NCBI RefSeq assembly: GCF_009914755.1
Contig: NC_060929.1
DNA length: 64,000 bases
Strand: one strand, 5' to 3'
DNA from: the human T2T-CHM13v2.0 reference genome, Homo sapiens
The translations under genes and the position numbers were made by a program. Below are positions 26,491-39,020 of the stretch, in pieces. The notes beneath the pieces are model-generated. The model did no database searches. It was not told where the DNA came from and worked only from the letters and a program-made list of their open reading frames with translations. Position 1 is the first letter of the stretch. Each line of letters opens with the position of its first letter.

Positions 26491-27561
26491 ATTTTAGGTG
26501 ATATACAGAAAAGTGTTCTTAATATACCTGGCACATCAAACCCACAGTTTTACAAATAATATTGCTTATGATGAGGCTAAGTACGAGGAACAAACTGATT
26601 TCAAGTCATTTTAAGAATATTAAGTATGTGATGGTATGGGTGGTATAAAGATACAGCAAAAACCACGAGTGCTGATGCTGAAGTAGGGGAAATCCTGCCT
26701 ACTCTGGGTTCACCCCCCCCACCTTTCAAATACTGATATAGGCCAGGATTATGTGACAGCCCACATGGTTTTCCATGATGTAAGAATTTTTCTGTTTCAC
26801 TCATGATTTCTTGCCCAAAGAAAAGAAACTTAGGCCTGGGGAGTTTTCCCTGTTCTAACGACTTTAAAAAACAAGCACATGAGTGAATATTGGTAAATAA
26901 TATGACTTATGATACCAAAACATAGGAATCCATGTTCTGGAATCCTAAATGCAAAAGGAAGCAGTAGTTGTTGGCAATTGTACCAAGCTAAGAGAAGTGT
27001 GAAACATACTTTAGAGGGAAAAGACAGATATGAAAACCAAAATGTCAGGAATGGTTCTGATAGCAGGTTATCTAATCACATGCATATGAGCATTTACTCA
27101 TTTGCTTTCAGCAGAGATTATTAAGCACCTATATAATCTCTGCTCTTTATCAGTGTGTACACAAAGGTAAAACCTATTTCACACAGCAACTATATTTTTG
27201 AAACATTATAATTTGAATTTGCTTTATTCAAGTCATACTTTAGGGATTTGGGAAAGTTGAATGTTTTCAGGAAAACTAGTAAAGTTTTTTGTCAAACAAA
27301 ATTATTCCTTTATCTCTTTGGTAAATTTGGATTTTTATATATCACATCTGTAAAAAGCAAAGCAAACATAATCATAGAATTTTCAATATTTGGACACATT
27401 AGATGCCAAGTGTTTGGTTTTGTTTCAGTTGTTTGCTGTTTCTTTTTGAAGGCATAGAAAGAAGCTATTGGAAATGTCACCTGGTCTAAGGAGAGAAGCA
27501 GCAGGGCCCTTCCTTAGCCTTGTTAAGCACCATGTTTCCTGCGCCTTCCGTTTAAAGTACA

Positions 27562-27916
27562 TGATATGGTTTTGCTCTGTGTCCTCGCCCAAATCTCATC
27601 TTGAACTGTAATCCTCACGTGTCGAGGGAGTGAGATGATTGAATCATGGGGGTGGTTCCCCCATGCTGTTCTCCTGATAGTGAGTTCTCATGAGATCTAA
27701 TGGTTTTATAAGCGTCTGGCATTTCCCCTGCTGGCACTTTTCTCTCCTGCCTCCTTGTGAAAAAAGTACTTGCTTCCCCTTTGCCTTCTGTCATGATTCT
27801 AAGTTTCCTGAGGCTTCTCCTACCATGCGGAACTGTGAGTCAATCAAACCTCTTTCCTTTATAAATTACCCAGTCTTTTGTATTTCTTTATAGCAGCGTG
27901 AAAACAGACTAATATA
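27562..27916 (+). mobile_element. Solo MaLR LTR (THE1D/MSTA-like), 355 bp
   Basis: Starts tgatatggttttgctctgtgtcc, ends gactaatata. Perfect 5-bp TSD gtaca at 27557-27561 and 27917-27921. Confidence 0.95.
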
Positions 27917-30900
27917 GTACACTAGTTCAGTTTTTAAATGAATGAAAATTCTAATATTAAATTAGCAGTTCTTTGACAAGAAAAAGAATTTATTATTTCT
28001 TAAAGTAGAGGTCTAAACTGGCTGAAGTGAGCTTTAAAGTATACTATAGAATCTCTTGGTGGATTCCGTATTAGGCATATGTTCTTGTTTAGGTAGTCTG
28101 TGAAATGATCTTCTCATGGAAACATTCAGAAGAGATGCACCTAATAGTTTATGGATGATATTCAGTGAAAATTAGATTTTGTATCTATTTTTTTGGGAGT
28201 TGTGTGTGTGTGTGTATTTTAGCATATGGATGGTGTGGTCCATAGATTCTTTGTTGTTCTTGAAAGGGTCTTTAGAGAATCATTACTGGTATATGCTGAA
28301 CCAGTCCTCAGGGATGCAGGTGTCACTCACTGTGTGTGGCCTGTGCTGGACCCTGGTGACTTTATTTCTATAGGGTCACTGCATCTACTGTTTTGATTCC
28401 TTTGACTTATCCAACCAATTTTTAAAATGTGAAGATTTGGGGACCTTGGGTTTATTACAGGTACAGAATTGAATTGAAAGATATCAGAGATTCTGGAATC
28501 AAGATGTGGTTGGAGAGGAGCATGAGGGTTGGGGTGGGTGATGTGGGAGTACGACCTGGAAGGAGGAAGGATGGGTGGTAAAAAGGATGCTGCAGGAAGG
28601 GCTTCTGTTTGATATAAATGTTTTTATGATTTGTTTGTAGAAAAGATGCTGACACACTTGTAACCCTTATTTCAAAGGGCAGCAAATCTTGCACTTGATT
28701 TTTCTGTGTAAATGAACTGTGTAATTGGTAATAGTTTATATCAAACCATTCAAAAATTTTCTAAGCACTATTGCAAGCTCGTAGACTTCCCAAGTGATAT
28801 CATAATAATATCATAATTACCGCGGCTTATGAAAAAAATGGGTTAAGTTCTAAGATGTAGTAACATCTTTAATCTGAAATTATCTGCGCTTGGCCAAATC
28901 AGCTTTCCTGTATTTTCTTTCACAAAACATTTGGTCCCAATTGTAGTTTTCTTTCTTTCAGAAAAAAAAAAAAGGTCAGAAAAAGTTCAAAATGACATGA
29001 TGGAATATATATTTGTTTGGAAAAATGATCTGGTTATTGCCATGGCAGCTATATTAAATTTTTAGGGTTATGTGATATAGTTTTTATATTAATACCATCT
29101 TTGAAATTTATTTACATGATGTAACAGCTCTGATGGTTACATTACATCTTTGAAAGCAAAAATGTACAAACTAGCCAAGATTTATGCAGCTTCTCAGCAG
29201 GGCAAAATTATTCACTTTAAAGGGAAAAAAAGATATTTGTTGGATTTTAATTATACCATTTGGATGTTGACATGTATTAAATTTATTACAAAAGAAATGC
29301 AAAGATGACTTACAGAAAAAAAAATTCTTACCTAATAAAAAATGGCACATATCTTGATAGGCTATGAATTTTTGCTTTCCGATGAAATTGTTACAAAGTA
29401 AATGTCTGAAAAACAGGTTTCATGAATAAGACAGAATCTTTACATTCAGTCTTTCTTCTGGTGCATAGGATTGTTTTATGTGTTTACTCTTGCTGAGACT
29501 TAGGCTTGTAAATGGCTTACTAATAAACAGAAGGCAAGTTGTTAATTCTTAAATTTTAATTATAGGTATTATTATTTTTAAAGTTGTTTACAGGCTATTC
29601 TTTCATCAGGCATGTCCCCCTTTTAAATTGAACCTCAGATTCTAAGTTAAAATTTTTTTTATAAAGTCAATTATTTTTTAGAGTTAATTCTGATAATTTT
29701 TACAAGGGTGATTATAGAAATTAAATAGAGAAAAGTATAAGCCATGTGCAATTTATCATGATTATACTTCCTTGGTTTTATAAACCCAGTTTTGAGAAAT
29801 TATATCCCAACTCAACATTATTTTATAAAATAAATATATCAAATTCTGATTGTTTTGAGGATATGGGAGTAATATTATTTCCTCCCTTTAAAATATTATT
29901 TTAACTTAAAAAGAAATATGATGTGATGCAATGAGATAGATCTGAAATGATTTAGAAATTTTGAAGAAAATTTTCAAGTTTGAATTTGCCTGAATTAACA
30001 TATTAAACATTATTTAATATCTTGGCATTTATGTAATTAATTCATTATATAATTAAAGCAATTGTATAGGAATTTTTCAGAATTTTTTATGATTTGTGAA
30101 AGGGGATCACTGAGCTACAGAAAAAAAGGTTTTTATTTTTCTAGAAATTCTCTTTTGTAATTGTATGTCAGGCACTATTTGCAGCCCTTGATATGTCATA
30201 TTTCTTTTATTTTTTGCTTACTCTATAGAGTTATTATTCTCTTCTTATACACAAGAATGAGCTTGGAGAAATTAAGTAACTTATCTGAAGTCACCCAGCT
30301 GAGACTTGATTCCTGCTCTGCCCAGTTCCACTTAATACACAATACCCAAGGGCCCAAAATTCTGTCATTTCTTCTGTATTTAGCTATGCCTAGTTTTTCA
30401 GAAATATTGAAGTAGAAGGAAATTTGTTTTGGAAAGGGAAATTAAAACCCACCAATAGAAAATAATGATAATGGTACTGTTTGAGCACTTAGTGTGTGTC
30501 AGGCTCTTCACATGGACAATCTCATTTTATCCTCACAGAAACTCTGTAATATGTCATCTTACAAATGACTTAAGTGTTTTGCTGAATCTCAGATTCAGAA
30601 CCAGGCTGATTCACTCCATGACCATGCCTCCTTTTCATTTAAATCTAAATGCACAGCTTAAACATTTGCATAACTGAATTCACTTTTAATTATGTGGACT
30701 TTTAGAAAATACATCTTTTTAACAGTTTATTCTTGACTCAACGGCTCGGAAGGCATAAATTATGATTAAATTTGCCTAGGTCTAATAAAAGATTGCGACT
30801 TAGGTTATCCCACCTCCCTCTTACTGGGTATTGAAATTTTTTTATATACTTGAAATGGTTGCATTATGACTCTTATCCTTCTGGGTTCCAACAGTCAAGT

Positions 30901-31568
30901 ACTTATATTAAGACATATTTACATAGTCATCAATTCATAGGGTCATGGAAATGGGCTGGAGAATCCCAAAGATCATCTTATTTAAAGCCCATGCTTCACA
31001 ATGGAGCACATGGAGATTCAAGTTCAGTGACTTAGTAAGTCATACAGTTAATACTGCCAGAGTAAGAAGTAGAACACAGGATTCCTCATCTGTAGCTCAT
31101 CTAGCAACTGATTAACTAGGGAATATGAGGGGGTAAGCCAGAGGAAGATTAACAATGCCTAATTTATACAAAATTTACAGCTCACAAAGGAAATGATTCT
31201 ATTGAATGAGCTAATTTAATGTGATTATATGTTTTCTTTTTAAAAAGTAGGAAAAATGGTGGCATCATAGGATTTGATCAAAGCTGACAGGGAATGCTTT
31301 GGTGTCTTAATAACCATTGACTCACTAAATCCAGCAATAGACAGTGCTAAATGTTCACAAAGCTGAAATATTGAGCAGCCCAGTGTAATCTGGCCCACAC
31401 ACATGATTTCTAACCTAAAAATATCTGTCTTATGAAATAAACCAATCAAAGGATTCTATTTCAGTTTGCTTTTCTAGCGATCCTGAAAATGTGGTCAGGG
31501 ATTTAGGTAAAACCAGTATATCACAACACAATTGCAATCAAATTCAAAATGAAAGCACAGTGAAGACC

Positions 31569-31626
31569 AAAAAAAAAAAAAAAAAAAAAAAAAAAACAAA
31601 CCAAAGCAAAACAAAACAAAAAAAAA
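31569..31626. repeat. Poly(A)/(CAAAA)n tract
   Basis: Read directly. Confidence 0.9.
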
Positions 31627-31825
31627 CTCAGGATTTCTAGCTCAGGAAAGGAGGAAATGAGAGTGAGATCAAGTACTTCAGAGACCGAAGAAACCCATCA
31701 ACCTTTGAAGAGAACCTCCTGGAAAGTACATTAAACATCCCAAGGACTCTAACTCAGTCACGGTTGTTCTCATTTCCATTTCTCCAGTCAGTACTATCCT
31801 TTTATCTGAAAGTATGGGATTTGGC

Positions 31826-31838
31826 AGTAGTTTTTAAA

Positions 31839-31875
<37 letters not shown>

Positions 31876-32025
31876 GGTGTGTGTATACACACCTCCTTTG
31901 AGAATCTAATAAAAACTATGAACCTTCTACCCAGAAGGTTACTCATATGCACACACACCATTTTCTTGTGGTTTCAAGGTGTTTGTAGCCCTGCCTGAAG
32001 CTTCTCTATAGACCCGACGTAAGAG
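31826..32025. mobile_element. hAT-Charlie MITE (MER112/MER117-like) containing a (TG)n microsatellite at about 31840-31884
   Basis: cctttgagaatctaataaaaactatgaaccttctacccagaa resembles this family. The TG repeat is read directly. Confidence 0.55.
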
Positions 32026-35000
32026 ATTTCATCCATTATTTCCTTTCAGCCCACAGATGCTTCCTGTGGAAAGAAGGGAATCAATCCCACGTCCTGTCTA
32101 GAATTTAGGAAGCCTACAGGTTATAACAATGTGTAACTAGGTGCCTTCTTTTCTTTGGGGTCTGATGTGAGCCATAACCTCTGCAAAACAAAGGATCGGC
32201 AAACCTTGTGTCCCAGACATTCAGGTTGACGGGATCTCTTGGTTAGATTTCCTGGGAACCAAACCTTACGACGCAAATGCCCATCCAGAAACACAGGGCG
32301 TCTCTCTGGGAGACAGCATGGTGTCCCAGTGCTGGCTGCACACTTGCCAGCCTCCCACCCAGCTGTGTGAAAGGAGCTTTATTAGCCAGCCCAAACCAGG
32401 CTTGTTTGGAGTCCTGGGCCACTTCCATTTTCTGAGGCTCTTGATATATTGAAAAATGAAAAAAATGCCAAAATAGGGTTACAAAAACAGTGGTATACTT
32501 TAAATGTTTACCTTTAACAACTTAATGCTTTTAATACCAGAAACATAGAACTGTGCTATTCATAAGTTAATTACAGGATTTATAAAAATGTTAATTTATG
32601 GTTTGCTACAGGCAGTGTGGTCCAGTCAGGGGATCCAATTTAGAGTTGTGCAAAGAAGGCCTCCTTCTTTCAATCCTGTCAGTCTATCTCTGTGATTGTA
32701 TGCATAACCTCATCTGGAAATGGCTTCAAAGGTCTAAATTTGAGGCTCTTTATGAAAGTGGAGCTGAGTGGCCCTGCTAGCACCCCCTGGAGAGGACTTG
32801 CAGAAAGCTCTTCTGAGGAGGAGCTGGGGTTGCCCTTGTCACCAGAATCCCTCGCCTTCTCCTTTGAGTCTCACCCTCCTCAGGGAGCCTGTGCTCCTGT
32901 ACTAGGACAGCTTCCCCTAGAGCTCTATGAGGAGTAACACAGCCATCTATGCAATGGGAAGGATCCTGGGAATGGCCAGCTGCTCTCCCCCATAGTGGAT
33001 GACTTCAGCCCTTACTACACATTTTCGAATTCCTTTAAAAGGTCATTGCCTCCTTTCAAACTTCACTTAAGGATAAAGATCAAAGTGCAAATATTCTTTT
33101 CAAGAGTAGCTCCTTGACCCACCTTCACAACTAGGTATAAATTACAGCTACCAGGATCCTTATGAGAGGAGAACTGGGGCCTGAAGAGAAGCACTGAGGC
33201 ATGAATGGGGTGGGGGGATGGTTTGAGGAGTCAGTGAAAGGGAAGACTAGGGATGGTAACAGTAGTCCTCAGTGTGGGACAGTTTTAGGGATTGGAATGG
33301 GAGGAGAACCAACAGTTGGAGAGAGAGAGGTACATGCTAGGCCTCTCCATTGGGTGAAGTCTTTATCCTGCTGCTTTGTAGCAGCCTCAACTCTGCAGAC
33401 ACTTTTGGACATTTTTAAAGGAAATGTTCATTTTAACCATTTAGGCAAGGCATACTTTTGAAAGCAACATTGTATCCCATAGAATTCTCCCAGGGCATAC
33501 TCAACTCTGCCTTAGCTGTTTTGGCTCACTCACAGAGCAGAGAGACATGGCCCGGCCCTTAATGCTTGGGTACCTGGCAGGCGTCGTATCCTTTTATCTA
33601 TATCCACCTGACTGTCCATCTCTTCATCCAGCTACCCATCCAAGCAGCCATCCATCCAAACAACCAACCAACAGACAGACATTCCCAACACAAGGCACTA
33701 TATGCCAAGCACCATGCTAATGCCTAGGGATACCATGGCAAACAAGACAGATTTTATCCTTGCCCTCATTGAGGTTATATCCTTGCATGCTTGTTTAATG
33801 CTGCCTTTTAAATCCAGCATTGGTTTAAATGATTAGCTTTGCCTCTCTTTAAGTCCTGAGGTCCTTTTTGCAAAATTGTAATGGATTACCTTTTCCACAC
33901 GTAGGAATCCCTTTCTAGACAACAAATATCCAAAGGTTGGATGGGAAAATCTACAGATTTGGTACCAGATAAGATGTCTTATGATTTGTTTTACATGTCT
34001 CTCACCTATGGCACTGTAAATTACTTGAGGGCAGGGAGTGGGTCTTAGGTTTTTAATGCTCTGCACCAAGCACAGTGGCTGGCACACAGTAGCTGCTTAC
34101 TAAATTTTTGTTGAAAGAATGCTGTCTGGGAAGTCAGAGGTCTAAATTCAAGACTCATCGTTACTGTCATCACCCTCTATCCTTGGTGCCTCATCTCTTG
34201 GATCTTGATGGGGAGGAAACCTATGGCAAGTAAATGTCTTTGATGTAGGCCAGTAGTGGCTCTTACATGCTCCCTTTCTTGAGCACCCTGAGTCTGAGGG
34301 GTGGCTTCATCTCTTGCATAGTTGTCTGATCCAGGGCAGGACAGTGTAAACTGGGAACTGAGTGCATGCTCAGCACTGTCCCAACGTGACATAAGGAAAT
34401 GTCTTCTCAATTATTTAAGATCTAAAAATATGTTTTCTGTCCTTGACAGACGGCCACTTTTCCCTTAATAAAGCATGTCTGACAATCACACTTTGTTGGT
34501 GTGGTTAGGAAAAGAATGTCGTAGACTTAGGAAAACATAATAATTTAAAGAGTGACACATTTCAGCAAAGAAATAAAGCTGTTGCCTGCTCTGAAAAGAA
34601 GTAAAACCATAGGAAACCATTACTTCATTGGGACAAACATTCTGTGTCTTTAGAAAGTTCTCACTAAAAAAAAGCGGGTGAGCTCTAGGGCATAGTGTGT
34701 GTCTGCGCATGTATAGAAGTAGTCTGTCTATTTTTTAGAGATGTTCCCTTTACAAACATTTCCCACTTAATACTTTGTAAGTATTTAATACGATTGCTGT
34801 CTAACATAGCAGTTTGCACCTAGGCTTTGGTCCAAGCTGCTTCTTGGAAATCATATTTTTCAGTAGCTACCAGGCTGAGGTGTAGTCAGTAACTGAGGTA
34901 TAGTCAGGTTTCAGCAAGGTCTATTCGGTATTGTACCCACTAGACTATATAAACCAAAATTTCTGCTACAATAAAGAGTTAAATAGTACTCCATAAGACG

Positions 35001-35967
35001 TGTTGCACGAGGCATATGGAGATTTCAAGTGTGCATCGCAGTGTGAGCATTAACTTAAATGTGTCATTTTATAGTTCTCTAGTGCAGAACTATTTGGTGT
35101 ACGATTGTATGTAACATGCAAATCCCATCAGTTCACACTACTATTATTTGTAGGATTATTTTAACAAAATAATAGTTCAATTTCCTGTTTGGTATAAAAC
35201 TAAGGCTTTATTTTTAAAAGTGGAGGAAGATGTTAATACACATTTCTCTGTGGTTTATTTTCCAAAATTGATACTTTCTCATATGTAGCATGTTGTTGTT
35301 GTTGTTGTTTCCAAAATCCATCTTTCACTGACACGACAAGGGATGCTGAGTAGCTCTTCACATTTGCTAGCCACAGTCTGAGATTATTTGCAAGGCAGGA
35401 TTCTCTGATGCCAAGGGCTGAGGTCTAGTTTACTGATCCCCTTCCATCTCAGCAAAAGTGTATATGAGAGAGAAGAGAGAGAAAAGCCAGAATAGGAGGG
35501 AACCTGGAAACTGTGGTGCTTACTCGTTCATCTCAGGATATGGATACAAACGTGGTAATAATGAAAGCTGCCCTTTGTTTACAATACACACAGTTTGTGG
35601 CAGCAATCTTTATAAGCCCCCAAATGGCACTTAATAAATAAAAGAAGATACAGGTTTTCTTGATTAGTTAGATATAAATGTTTACTCAAGCTTTCATGAG
35701 AGTTTTCTTTATTTTTACAGAGCTCTCTCTGCTCAAATGAACGCGTGAACGAATGTCTGTTTTTTTAATGTGAACTCACTATATACAAAATAAGTTTTCG
35801 CAGGATCCAAATTCATTTCATTTGTAAATTATTTAATAGATGTCAAGAATTCTTGTTGACTGCTTTAATTAAAGATAGATTTTTAAAGACTGGATTTAAG
35901 CAATTTTTAAATGGGTAGATTGTGTCAAAGAATTTTGCAGTCTGTGAAATACATTAACACTGATACT

Positions 35968-35970
<3 letters not shown>

Positions 35971-36006
<36 letters not shown>
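35971..36006. repeat. (GA)n microsatellite
   Basis: Read directly. Confidence 0.95.
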
Positions 36007-36009
<3 letters not shown>

Positions 36010-38769
36010 CGAACAAGAAACTGCTCCATGCAAATATTTCCAAGGTTGTTCTTAGCAATGTAGGGTTACCATTTTTTTCCTTTTTAGTGTTGATGTTGTG
36101 TGGACACTGGAGACAGTTGTGCACTGTGGATATTATTGCTGCAACAGAGAAGAGGGAAAAAGATAGGTTTGTAGCAGGGCCTGTGGATGGCACCAAGCCA
36201 GTGCCGTGAAAAATGGCAAACATGTCACAGCTAACAGCTGGATGCAGAAATATTTCTCTTTAATTTGGATGGATAAAATTTTTTTCACAGCAGGGCACTC
36301 TCAAAAGAGTACAACATCAAAGAGGGCGGGTCTCACCAGTCAGACATCAGCTGGCTCCAGGATGGAGCAAAATGAATGAACTGTCAGGACTTTTCCAGCA
36401 TATATGCTTTTGCCAAGTGAAAAGTTAAAGGTTCAGTGGCTTGTTCAGATCACAGACAGAATCCTGATAATGGAAGCCTGATTCCCCAAAGTCTTCCTCT
36501 GATCAACAGACAGAGCGTGCCTGAAGAAGACTCCAGAATGATGGATGGCAGGCTTCATATCGACGGCTGCCGCCGCCTTCAGAGATAAGTGGAATTCACC
36601 AAATGCTCAACAGTTCTCAGGAGTGCCTGAGTCCCCATGTCATAATCCTCAGAGTCACCGACTCTCCTCTGCTAACTTGACACTTAGCAGTAGCTGACCC
36701 ACAGTGTGACCAAAATACCCATTTCCATTTCTTCACATGGCCGGCTCTCTGATGAAGGCTTTGCAAACACCACCACAGGTGTTTTACAGTTCATTGACAC
36801 TTTTCAACTGTTTTTCTGATTACCATATTTCAGTCTTGACTTATATGTTAGTATTATCAGCACACTCAACATAAACCTCTAATGATTTTCTAATATTTCT
36901 GGAACTTGATGAATGTGAATTGACAAAGTACAGTATATAGCTTTATATCAGCATTACTGAAAATACAGCAATGGTGTATATAACCATTACTCACTTATTT
37001 TATGGGGTATTTATTACTTGACCTTTGAAGCCACATTTTAGAATCTTGGCATTCGAGACATTCCAAAATATTCCAGACCAAAGTGAAAGGAAAGGATTTC
37101 CTTATTAGAAACAACAACAAAGTAAGTTAATTGTAATAGGTGGAGGAGGGAGAAACTATTAAAATGAAAAAATGTATAATATATATTTGAGAAAAAATAA
37201 AAAGCTGAACACACATAATATGGGCACACTAGTCGGTGTTTAATGAAGAAGCTTTATTGTAAAATATGCATATTCACGGTCTTATGCATTGTCTTTTTTT
37301 TTTTAATGTTGCTGGTCATTATGACACATTGCGATAAGCAGAAATGGGGATTTGTGTCTTTATCCATTGCATGATTGCTAGTTGTTTACATTTTAATAAC
37401 ATTAATTCTCACTAAATTGACATTTGTTCTAAAAATAGAAATTTGATTGATAAAGAAGTTTATTAATCATTATGAATGTTTTTATGACCCTCATTTGGAG
37501 AATTTCAGTTAGTTTTAAAGGAAGAGCTCTACCTTTCTCTCTGATAGGGCAAATAGGATGTGATGAAAAAAGCAATAACATGGTGGCCTATGATTCACAT
37601 TTCCCAACCATATAACTGAGAGCAAATCATTTCATCTTTCTCAGCCCAAGGCTTATTACCTGTAAAACAGAATAATATTCTCAGCTTCTCTTGCAGGTCA
37701 GTTATACAGATAAATAAGTCTGTAAAAGTATTTTATAAACTCAAATGCCACACGAATATGTATGACTTGGTCATTAACTGATGTTCTTTGCTTGTGTGAA
37801 GGTGGAGGCAGATGCTTTCACTTATTTTGAAAGTTTCATTTTGTGATCTTTCTTCTCAAGCCTTGATTTAGCTTTATTTGAAAGTTTAAAACCAGAAAGG
37901 TTAGTAGGCCACACTGTTGTGGTATTTGCTGTTTTCCTCTCTAGACTGGGGAGCAGTGCTGGATCTCTGTGGATCTGAGGCTCCAGGCTGAAATCCACAA
38001 ATGTCCCGGGCTTTGCATCCAGGTACATGTGACTGCACAGACAGCTCACCTACCTTGAACATATTGAGTGTTCATGCAGGAATATGGCACTGTAAGTTGG
38101 GGCTCCCTCTGGTCAAAAATGTCAGTGACTTCAGAGATCAAGCAATCCTATATGGTAGGTGATGTTCAGTGAGAGATATTGGGATATTGGGGTTCTAAAG
38201 CCACAGCTAATTAAAACATTTGTACTTGTTAATTTCAAGCATGCTCCAGAAATGTTCTCAAAGGTATAGTGGGTGCCTATGTCTTTTGCATGACAAGCGA
38301 CACTGCAATGAACTAAAAACTGATTAACTTTAGGAAAGTGTGGAGTTGAAGAAATGCTTCCTTACCGTTTTCTGAACAGTATTTACATTCATATACCATT
38401 TCTTATTTTGACATAGTTTGCTTTATTTTAAAAATAGATTCATCTGGGAGATAAAATATAAACTATTAACACGTCAACTGTTTTACTCCTGTATTCCCTT
38501 GATGTCATTCCAAATCTTTTTCTTCTTTCTCTTTTCTTTTTCAACAAAAGTTGATTTCCTGGTGTGTACAAAACCCTGTGTAAGGTACCTATCAGTAAAT
38601 TACAAAATGATTAAAATGCACTCCTGCCCTCAATGAGTTTATGCTCTGGTAACCTTAGAAATCGTTTATTTGCATATGCTGCACATAATATATTGTGGCC
38701 AGTGTCCGTGAGCAAGTTAGTAGATTATGTCTAGGCTGACGTTTCTCATCTAATAATAGTGTTGGTCTA

Positions 38770-39020
38770 AGGCTGGCTATGTTCTTTGAGCTCTTACTAG
38801 ATGTCCAGCATTGTTTTCAGTCCTTTACATATACTCACTTATTTGGTTTTTATATCAGCTCTTTGAGGTAGGGATTATTATTAGCACCATTTTTTTTTCT
38901 CAGAAAAAGAAAGTCTCAGTTTCCTTAAGAGGTTAAATAACTGACCAAAATCACGTCACCACAATTGTAACTCACATGCATTGAAACTGACACCCACATG
39001 CAAGCTCTTAACCTCTGTAC
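38770..39020 (-). mobile_element. MIR SINE
   Basis: ctctttgaggtagggattattattagcaccatttt...agaggttaaataactgaccaaaatcac. Confidence 0.65.

Noticed and set aside
32468-32477. Perfect CArG box CCAAAATAGG (another, CCTTTAATGG, at 55750-59) as evidence of SRF control
   Set aside because: About 5 CC(A/T)6GG matches are expected by chance in 64 kb at 40% GC, so two isolated sites show no enrichment.
34875-34907. 15-bp near-tandem duplication ctgaggt(g/a)tagtcag
   Set aside because: Only two copies with one mismatch. Ordinary slippage, not an array.
36291-36778. Possible extra PRDM6 coding exon
   Set aside because: The phase-0 reading stops after about 45 codons, has no PR-domain similarity, and the candidate donors are weak. 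Kept only as an alternative reading in the enhancer finding.
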